Source: an uncultured virus (IMG/VR IMGVR_UViG_3300020046_001970)
Taxonomy: Duplodnaviria; Heunggongvirae; Uroviricota; Caudoviricetes
Strand: one strand, 5' to 3'
Length of the DNA stretch: 64,000 nucleotides
Virus record (IMG/VR): IMGVR_UViG_3300020046_001970
Below the pieces are notes generated by a model. The model ran no database searches. It was not told where the DNA came from and saw nothing but the letters and a program-made list of their open reading frames with translations. Shown in pieces: positions 56,702 through 64,000 of this stretch. The translations under genes and the position numbers were made by a program. The first letter of the stretch is position 1, and every line of letters begins with the position of its first letter.

Positions 56702-59700
56702 ATGCGAATCTTTGGCACTAAGACCCATGTAGAGCTGGAGAACGAAGAAGCAGAGCGTCTTGTTCGCCTTACGCCTAAGGTAAAGCCCCCACGTAGAGAT
56801 AAGCGTCGGGAGGATATGCGTACGGAACGCGATCCTGACATCGATGGAGATCCCGACATAAAGCGGGACCAAGATCGATCCCTTAACTACAAGACTGTAG
56901 GTGGTGCGGCGAGAGTGGCGGCTAGGTTCCTCTTGTCAAGAGATGAGTTAGTCTCTGTACGCAACAAGGAGACTGGTCATGTGGTGAATGTCTCGGAAGA
57001 GACACTCAAAGGGGAGGATGCTAGTAAGTACGAGAAGCTAGAGGATGAGGAGTCACAGAAAGATCCTGAGCAAGAGCTTGCAAGCCAAGGAGAGGCCCTT
57101 CGAGACCTAGCGAAGGATAACCCTAAGCTTCAGGGTATGCTTAAGGACCTGATCAATCCAAAATCTGACTTGGGTGGTTTGGCAGCGGCCAACCCGTTAG
57201 TTGCTGCGTCTGCTGTACTGAAAAACGTTAAGATCCCGGAGGGGCTGAAGACCGTTGGAGACCTAGTCAAGGCTTTAAGTGCCCCCAAGGTAAGTCCCCC
57301 CAAGGTAAAGTCGAAAGCTCCAAAAGAGAAGGGCCTTAAGCCAGCAGAGAAGGCCCCTGAGGGTAAGGATCCCCGTTGGGATGAATCAGGTGAGAGTGTA
57401 GAGCCAGAAAAGGCCCCTACCCCTCCTGAGGCTGGTAAGCCTCAGGAGACACCAGAGACTCCAACAGAGGCCCCAGAAACCCCACCAGAGGCACCCTCTG
57501 ACGGAGCGGAGCCCGATCCATTCCCAGAGCCGAAAAAACCTCAGGCTCCAAAGTTCCCTCCGACAGATGCTAGGAGTTACCCACCTCCAAAACGACCACC
57601 TCCAACGAGGCAGGAAGAGTTGGAGGCCATGGATGCTTTGCGGGAGTCAGGGTTGCCTCCAAGTGTACGGAGCACTCTATCCTTACTGCATCCAGCCGAC
57701 CTAAAGACCTTACTGGCAAGTTACTCAAAGTTCCAATCCTTGCCGGTTTACGGTAGTTTGAAGTCTGAGATTCAAAACGCAAGGGGCGGGTACGTCTCTA
57801 AGCCAGAGGATGTTCAAACCTTACCTGACGACTTTGGTTCATCGAAGAAGAAAAAGACTGAGGGGGGACCTGAGGAATCTGAAGAAGACTCTCAGGCTGA
57901 GGCTGTACAGCAGCATCGTATGGCTGTCATGGCAGCCAGCTTAGCTTCCCAGGTTCGAGTTACCAAGATGATGACCTCAAGTGGAGTGCCTTCGTACCTG
58001 GCAGGTAAGTTGGCATACTTCACTCTAACTACGGCCTCAATGCCCCCTGAAAAGCAGATGGAGGTGGCTAGACAGGCTGCGCAAACAGCATTTACGCAAG
58101 CGGCTACAGGGTTCTCAGGCTTGCCTGAAAAGGACGATCGGTTTGGGTCGTTCATCGATAAGGCAAAGAGAAAACTTCTTGGGGACCAGGAGCGCAAAGA
58201 CTTCATCTCCGCCATGGACCATCTAGACCCCTACACTCAGATGGCTGCGGTGGCGCATCTACAAGGAGAGGATTACCGAGCAGCTTCGGATAAGTTTCTA
58301 GGGGACCAAGCAAAGAACCCTATCTCTGGTTACGATCCACCTAAGGTCATCAAAGATAAGCTGCAAGCCGCAACAAAGATGATTCGAGAGGCTGGGAGAG
58401 ATTACCCCTTAGCTGCAAGGGTTGCCCTTGTGGACCCTGCTACCGTTTTTCGGGTTAGGGCTCGTGAGTCCCTTAGCGGCATGCCTCCAGAAAAGAAGGC
58501 GGAGCTTACTGAGGCGCTTTTGGAGTCGGATGCGGATGACTACGAGAAGGCCGATGCGGAGTACACCAAGCACGACCTACCTAAGTTTGAAAAAGCTTAC
58601 GCCAAGTACGAGCAAGAGCTGAAGCGGTGGGAGTCCGACAAAGCAGACTTCGAGTCAGACCTTGACTACAGAGAGTCTGCAAAGCCGTTCGAGAAAGAAC
58701 CTCCCCAACCTCCACTCAAACCAGAGCCACCCAGGAAACCAATTGGGTATGAGAAGGTCCGCCCACCAGCTGAGCATGACCAAAAGGCAATCCAACAGGA
58801 GTTGGACTCTGCAAGAGCTAAGCACACTCCACATGAAGATACTCATGGGGACTCGGAGCACTCGGATGATGAGCATGGCGAGCCAAAGCAAAGCTGGAAG
58901 GAACGAGCTAAGAGCTTGAGTGCAAAGGCAAAGGCCACCCTCCAAGCCTCACCTAAGGCAGTGAAGCAATTCATTGAGGATGATAGCTTCCGTCGTAAGA
59001 CTCTCATGGATGCCCATGCGGCACTACTCAAAGCCCCGGAGAAGATTGCTAAGCGAGCACTTGACACAGCAAAACACGAGGTAAAAGAGTTCAAAGAAGC
59101 TGGGCAAGGGATCGCCTCTGTACTGCGTGGGGGCAAAATGACCTCTCACCAGAAAAAGGCATTTAAGACCGTAGCTACGCACATGGCAATCAGTGTTGCA
59201 GCTGCGGCACTTACAGCTTCAGGTCCACTTGCTATCGCAGGAGCTGTAGGTAAGGGGATGGTAAAGCATGTGGCTATGAAGGCGGTAGCCAACCTCTTTG
59301 GGCACCTCCACATACTAGAGGAGGTAGGTCACATCGGGCATGGGGTGAAGCACCTCATGGAGCACCTAGCCTCCACTGAGAGTCCAGATCCAGAAGAAGT
59401 GCTTAGTAACTTGGTACTTGCTGCTGTGGCAAAAGAAGTGCCTAAGCTGGATCATGATGGAATTCAGAGCGCTCTGGAGGGTGAGCAGGAGAGTACAGAG
59501 AAAGTTGTCGCTAGTATCTATTCTTCTTATCAGTCTTCAAAATGGCAGATGACTTCATCCAATCGCACTGCACTCTACCATGGAGTAGAGCCTAGTCCTC
59601 AAACCCCATACTCAGAGTGGCAGCAAGCTCATCAACGAGACTTAGCCCCTGAGGACTCTGCGCTTATTTTGAGTGCGGCTAGGTCTTGGTTAAGGTCACC

Positions 59701-60292
59701 CGTACTTTCCTCTTCGATTGAGGGGATGGTACCAGACACCAGGTTTCGGGCTGCACTTGATCTTGCAATCCGTGAGGTCAGTGACGGTAGGTACAGTGGA
59801 GCTATTACAGCGAACCTGTACAACCAACTCTTGGCTAAGTTAGCTAACTCAACGGATCAACCGCTGGGTACAATTCGCGAGGCTTCAACCTCAACTAAAG
59901 GAACTAGGACCATGATTAAGTTTGCCAAGTCGGATGCCAACACCATTCTAGCTCGTCTTGACCGCGTTGCGGCTGCCATCCAAGAAAACCATGCAAAGTG
60001 GGGGATGGGCTTCGACGTCGCGAAGGAGTTAGTCAACGACCTCGACAAGACCGCAGACGAGATTGAGAAGGCCTCGTTTGGGGAGGAGTCTCTTGTGACT
60101 CGTCAAGTTGAAGTGCTCAAGCAAGCAAAGGTGCTTCAGCAGGACAAGGACGAGAAGTACATGGGTACTTACAATGCCCCCTCCGCTGTTCATCAGTCGG
60201 ATAGGGACGAGAAGTACATGAGCCTCTATGAGGATGACCAGACTCAAGCAGTTGTGAGTGGTAAGTCCTCTGTTGGTCGCCCTCTTACCTAA
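56702..60292 (+). CDS. large multi-segment head-associated protein
   Basis: about 1200 aa, Pro/Glu/Lys-rich linkers, internal RBS+ATG at 59912. Confidence 0.75.
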   Translation: MRIFGTKTHVELENEEAERLVRLTPKVKPPRRDKRREDMRTERDPDIDGDPDIKRDQDRSLNYKTVGGAARVAARFLLSRDELVSVRNKETGHVVNVSEETLKGEDASKYEKLEDEESQKDPEQELASQGEALRDLAKDNPKLQGMLKDLINPKSDLGGLAAANPLVAASAVLKNVKIPEGLKTVGDLVKALSAPKVSPPKVKSKAPKEKGLKPAEKAPEGKDPRWDESGESVEPEKAPTPPEAGKPQETPETPTEAPETPPEAPSDGAEPDPFPEPKKPQAPKFPPTDARSYPPPKRPPPTRQEELEAMDALRESGLPPSVRSTLSLLHPADLKTLLASYSKFQSLPVYGSLKSEIQNARGGYVSKPEDVQTLPDDFGSSKKKKTEGGPEESEEDSQAEAVQQHRMAVMAASLASQVRVTKMMTSSGVPSYLAGKLAYFTLTTASMPPEKQMEVARQAAQTAFTQAATGFSGLPEKDDRFGSFIDKAKRKLLGDQERKDFISAMDHLDPYTQMAAVAHLQGEDYRAASDKFLGDQAKNPISGYDPPKVIKDKLQAATKMIREAGRDYPLAARVALVDPATVFRVRARESLSGMPPEKKAELTEALLESDADDYEKADAEYTKHDLPKFEKAYAKYEQELKRWESDKADFESDLDYRESAKPFEKEPPQPPLKPEPPRKPIGYEKVRPPAEHDQKAIQQELDSARAKHTPHEDTHGDSEHSDDEHGEPKQSWKERAKSLSAKAKATLQASPKAVKQFIEDDSFRRKTLMDAHAALLKAPEKIAKRALDTAKHEVKEFKEAGQGIASVLRGGKMTSHQKKAFKTVATHMAISVAAAALTASGPLAIAGAVGKGMVKHVAMKAVANLFGHLHILEEVGHIGHGVKHLMEHLASTESPDPEEVLSNLVLAAVAKEVPKLDHDGIQSALEGEQESTEKVVASIYSSYQSSKWQMTSSNRTALYHGVEPSPQTPYSEWQQAHQRDLAPEDSALILSAARSWLRSPVLSSSIEGMVPDTRFRAALDLAIREVSDGRYSGAITANLYNQLLAKLANSTDQPLGTIREASTSTKGTRTMIKFAKSDANTILARLDRVAAAIQENHAKWGMGFDVAKELVNDLDKTADEIEKASFGEESLVTRQVEVLKQAKVLQQDKDEKYMGTYNAPSAVHQSDRDEKYMSLYEDDQTQAVVSGKSSVGRPLT

Positions 60293-60329
60293 TTCAAACT
60301 CGGTCACTAGATCCAAGGGTTGTACCAAA

Positions 60330-61178
60330 ATGGCTATTGACTACTGGCAACTCGTCAAAGACTTCGCCCAAGGGGACGCTGTTCAAAAGATCAATGCCCA
60401 TAATGGGCAGCTATCTCCTTACGTAGGTAAGGTTACGGCTGTCTTTCGTGGGACGGGTTGTTTGGACGTTCAGTGGCCCTTTGGGAACGAGAGAGTCTTC
60501 TCGGATGATGTAGTCAAGGTCAATCCACTATTCCTACGGTACCTACCTCCTACCCTAGATCAGAGCTACAACACGGTTGAGATTGAGAAAGCTAGGGAGG
60601 AGGATGCAAAGCTCCGCAAGGCTTCTACTCCTCTTTGGCAGCACACCAAGTTCCCACCCATGCTCTATGTGAAGCTGGCTCAGTACTGGCACAAGGGAGC
60701 TAGTGAGGTTGTAGCTTACGATGACCTCTATCGTAGCCATGCTCCCAACATCAATGATGACCTACTTAGGTCTGAGGTGTCCAAGTTCTACTTGTTCGCT
60801 TCAAACTCAGGAGAGCTTCGTATCCAGCAAGCTGTAAAGCAAGCTCTCCGCAGTAAGCAGGGAGCTTACTGGGTTGCTCAGAATCGCCAATACCGAGCTA
60901 CGGGCGAAGACATCAAACTAGGTAAGCCCGCTTGCCCTAAGTGTGGATCAAGGATGCGACAAGCTACCTACAAGATGCAGGAGGGGTCTAAGCACAAGAT
61001 TTTTGCCTGTCCCAAGTGCCTTTACCTCATCGACCCAACCTCTATCCTTGGCCCTAAGGGTGAGCCTCACTCTTGGTTTGGGGATGTAGCTAAGGTGACG
61101 GGGCCCCCAGTGCCAGCTACCCCCAAAGAGGTAGTGACCCTAGCCCCTATCCCAATGTTCAAAGGGGATGCATTCTAA
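60330..61178 (+). CDS. hypothetical protein with Zn ribbon
   Basis: LDVQWPFG, CPKC..CPKC. Confidence 0.75.
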   Translation: MAIDYWQLVKDFAQGDAVQKINAHNGQLSPYVGKVTAVFRGTGCLDVQWPFGNERVFSDDVVKVNPLFLRYLPPTLDQSYNTVEIEKAREEDAKLRKASTPLWQHTKFPPMLYVKLAQYWHKGASEVVAYDDLYRSHAPNINDDLLRSEVSKFYLFASNSGELRIQQAVKQALRSKQGAYWVAQNRQYRATGEDIKLGKPACPKCGSRMRQATYKMQEGSKHKIFACPKCLYLIDPTSILGPKGEPHSWFGDVAKVTGPPVPATPKEVVTLAPIPMFKGDAF

Positions 61179-64000
61179 ATGGCCTTCCTAAAGTACGCGA
61201 ATGCGGCTATCGTACAACCAGCTATCAATCAGGAGAGCTGGAGTGAGATCCGTCAGGCTGCCTTACTAGGCTCTAGCTTTGAGGACCGTACAGCTGCGCA
61301 TGTAGTACTACAGAAGTATGACCCCGCACAGTACCTGCTCTCACACTGCTCCATTGTAGCGTCCGTAGATACGGAGAACTCTGGCCTCCCTACGGGGGCT
61401 CAGATGTTTGATGGAGTCCAAATCGAACGGAAGTTCCCAGACCACTACATTACGGTTGAGACTCAGAAGTACATCAATAACAACTGTTTTGTCCCAGGGA
61501 CAATGGTCCTAATGTCAGATGGGACTGAAAAGCCTATTGAGCAGATCTGTATTGGAGACCAAGTTATCACTCACACAGGAATGTGTAGGGTGGTGACAGA
61601 AACCTTCAAGAGGCCTTACAGTGGAACTCTTACTGTAATCAAGCGACTTGGGGATCAGCGGACACTTGAGGTTACCCCAGAACATCCAATTTTCGCCAAG
61701 GTGCCAGCTACAGTATGTGCTTGTGGGTGCGGCACCCCTCTAAAACGTCGTCACTATAAGGCGGCCGTTCATAGATTCAAACAGTTTTCTCAAGGTCACG
61801 GCCAAAAGAGAAACCAAGCACCACTTCCTTACAATTGGGTATCTGCTGGGTTTTTGGAGAAGGGCGACTTCTTGTCGTTGCCTCGTCTCAAAGGGGAGGA
61901 GCAAACGGAGGTCACTCCTGGGAAAGCTCGCCTTCTAGGGTACTACTTAGCTGAGGGCTTCTTTTCTAGGTTGAAGCCAACCCGTAAGACTAACGGTAAA
62001 GTTACTGGCCAGGTATCTCAACTATTTTTGGATAACCTTGGGGTCAACGATAAAGGCAATATCCCTGTAGCTGCTGTCTTCGCATTGAACTTAGATGAAA
62101 CTGGAACTCTGGCTGCCGAGATTCAGAAGCTTCTCATGTCTGAGTTTGGAGTAGGGTCCAATATTCAGAGGGTGTCTGAAAACGGAATTTCAGTTACTAG
62201 TCATCAGTCGCTAGAGCTGGTGCAATTCATTCAAGAGTATGCAACGTCGTACTCCAAAACCAAAAAAGTAAATGAAAAAGTCCTCCATTGGCCACTGGCT
62301 CTTCAAAGAGAGTTGGTTCAAGCTTGGATTGAGGGGGATGGTTGTGTAGAAGGTACAGCTGGGGGTTGGGTAACTGCTGTCTCTGCGTCACCTGACTTAA
62401 TCTCCCAGATGCATTTGATTCTTGGGCGTCTTGGGGTATTTGCTACTCGGGGAGTGAGCATAACTTGTGGGCGGAAGCGAGTTAAGGTAGCTAATGGAGG
62501 GATTCAAATTGTAAGTGATCCTACCAAAACTTGCACTGCGTACAAGCTTCAAATTGGAGCTTACTTCGCCTCTAAGCTTATGGGTGGGTCTTTTTTGGGT
62601 CCCTTGTTTAGTAGAGCTACCTCCAACCTTCGAAAGTGGGGGTTGTCAAATAGGGTTGAATCCGAACGGACAACTTTTCCAATCCGCTCTGTTACTAAGC
62701 GGAACTACGATGGGTTTGTCTACAATTTCGAGACAGATATCGACCACTCTTACGTAGCTAACGGGGTTGCGGTCCATAATTGCGATGCTTTTGAACGTAA
62801 GTTGCTGCTAGCGACGTATAAAACGTTCATTGGTGCCGAAAACTACATGGAGCACGTCCAAATCCCCGAGCTGAGTAAGGGGAAGATCATCGATGCAGCG
62901 GCTAGAGACATTGGAGACTCTATCTACATTGACATCCTGGTAGCTACTGACCTGAAGCACAAGTCCCTGATAGAGGCGATTAGTAGCCAGAAGCTCAGTA
63001 CCCTATCGATGGGTTGTCAGGTCACCTACACCCAGTGTACGAAGTGTGGCAACATTGCTGAGGACGAGCTTCAGATTTGCCGCCACATCAAGTACGAAAA
63101 GGGTAACTGGTTTATTGATGCCAGTGGTAAGCGTCGTAAGATCGCAGAGCTATGTGGGCACCACTCTGACCCTGGGACGGTAAAGTTCATTGAGGGCTCT
63201 TGGGTAGGTACTCCAGCATTCACTGGAGCTGTACTAAGGAATATTCTAGACCCAGCTAATGCGATGGCGGGAGTGCTTGGTAAGCGAATTCAAGTTGCCT
63301 TCTCTCAGCCAGCTAGGACGGCAGACCCAGGCTCCCTTCAGAGAGCGGCTAAGTTAGCCCCTATTGGGGTTGGGGCAAAAGCGGTCAATGCTGACCATCT
63401 TGTCTCTCAGTACGAGGGCCCCTCGATTGGTAAGCTCCACGCGACTACTCCATACTCAAAGGACCTTCAAGCCGCTGCTACCTTGTCTGCAAGACAGCAG
63501 ACCGTTCAGGGTTGGCGCCCAAGTAACTACGGCGTACAGGTGTTCTCCGCAGCACAGCAAGGGGAGGAGCCTACCCCTCCTGCTCCTGTAGAGGATGTTG
63601 ACCCCCTTAAGAAGGTTGAAGACGAACTCTACAACACTCTTAAGAAGAAGGTCGAGAGGCGGGTCCGAGACGACCTCAATAAGGAAGAGTCGTCCAATGT
63701 CCGTCAGGTCCTTGACGAGAATTCTTCCAACGAGTCAATCATCAAGTCAGCTCTTCGATACCCTAAGTGGCAACGAAGGGCAAAGACTATTCTAGCTTCG
63801 ATTCCAGCCTCAAAGGCAAAAGTGATTTTGGCAGGTTGGATCCTCTATGATCGTGGGGGATGGGAAGCTGTCGTAGAAGCTAATCGATTTAAGGGACGAG
63901 ACTTCCTTGCAGTCGCTCACATTGTTGATCGGTCAACAAGGAAGTCTAACTTGTCCGGAGGTGGTAGAATCTACTCTACAGTTATCGCTGTAGGGGGTAT
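61179..64000 (+). CDS. putative prohead (capsid maturation) protease with intein; runs past the window end
   Basis: manual translation MAFLKYANA..INNN|intein|CDAF..NYMEH..KGKIIDA..LSMGC..CTKCG..C.H..FIEGSWVGTPAF; absent from the track because no stop is in the window. Confidence 0.75.
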   Translation, partial: MAFLKYANAAIVQPAINQESWSEIRQAALLGSSFEDRTAAHVVLQKYDPAQYLLSHCSIVASVDTENSGLPTGAQMFDGVQIERKFPDHYITVETQKYINNNCFVPGTMVLMSDGTEKPIEQICIGDQVITHTGMCRVVTETFKRPYSGTLTVIKRLGDQRTLEVTPEHPIFAKVPATVCACGCGTPLKRRHYKAAVHRFKQFSQGHGQKRNQAPLPYNWVSAGFLEKGDFLSLPRLKGEEQTEVTPGKARLLGYYLAEGFFSRLKPTRKTNGKVTGQVSQLFLDNLGVNDKGNIPVAAVFALNLDETGTLAAEIQKLLMSEFGVGSNIQRVSENGISVTSHQSLELVQFIQEYATSYSKTKKVNEKVLHWPLALQRELVQAWIEGDGCVEGTAGGWVTAVSASPDLISQMHLILGRLGVFATRGVSITCGRKRVKVANGGIQIVSDPTKTCTAYKLQIGAYFASKLMGGSFLGPLFSRATSNLRKWGLSNRVESERTTFPIRSVTKRNYDGFVYNFETDIDHSYVANGVAVHNCDAFERKLLLATYKTFIGAENYMEHVQIPELSKGKIIDAAARDIGDSIYIDILVATDLKHKSLIEAISSQKLSTLSMGCQVTYTQCTKCGNIAEDELQICRHIKYEKGNWFIDASGKRRKIAELCGHHSDPGTVKFIEGSWVGTPAFTGAVLRNILDPANAMAGVLGKRIQVAFSQPARTADPGSLQRAAKLAPIGVGAKAVNADHLVSQYEGPSIGKLHATTPYSKDLQAAATLSARQQTVQGWRPSNYGVQVFSAAQQGEEPTPPAPVEDVDPLKKVEDELYNTLKKKVERRVRDDLNKEESSNVRQVLDENSSNESIIKSALRYPKWQRRAKTILASIPASKAKVILAGWILYDRGGWEAVVEANRFKGRDFLAVAHIVDRSTRKSNLSGGGRIYSTVIAVGG
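61485..62780 (+). mobile_element. LAGLIDADG intein (432 aa) in the putative prohead protease
   Basis: CFVPGT, VTPEHP, LLGYYLAEG, AWIEGDG, VYNFET..HSYVANGVAVHN|C. Confidence 0.93.

Noticed and set aside
62515..63795. Three short track ORFs near the window end
   Set aside because: They are out-of-frame shadows inside the continuous 61179..>64000 gene.

Overview
This is a 64-kb segment of a large (jumbo-type) tailed phage genome. Nearly all genes are on the + strand in the standard genetic code, and there is one 468-N gap (9819-10286). (1) 1-11.1 kb is a tRNA/tmRNA array of about 22 tRNA or tRNA-like genes, interleaved with HNH endonuclease genes and small ORFs. All five tRNA-Ser have the non-canonical 8/4 fold. 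Rare anticodons occur (Leu-AAG, Ser-ACT, Ile-TAT), and there are two malformed tRNA-like genes and several structured spacer RNAs, two of which share a covarying pseudoknot. (2) 11.2-42.8 kb holds GroEL, a frameshifted DNA methyltransferase, bacterial-type clamp-loader subunits, class II RNR, RecD2, RuvC-like, RecA, a split SbcC/Rad50 with SbcD, a primase core, a NusG/5'-3' exonuclease fusion, and an HNH gene interrupted by a GC-rich 758-bp methyltransferase cassette. (3) 42.9-64 kb is the head module: intein-containing large terminase, type IB topoisomerase, three tandem paralogues, portal, and an intein-containing putative prohead protease that runs off the window and is missing from the ORF track. 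A Myxococcota host is suggested but not shown. All calls were made by eye from motifs; no searches were run.
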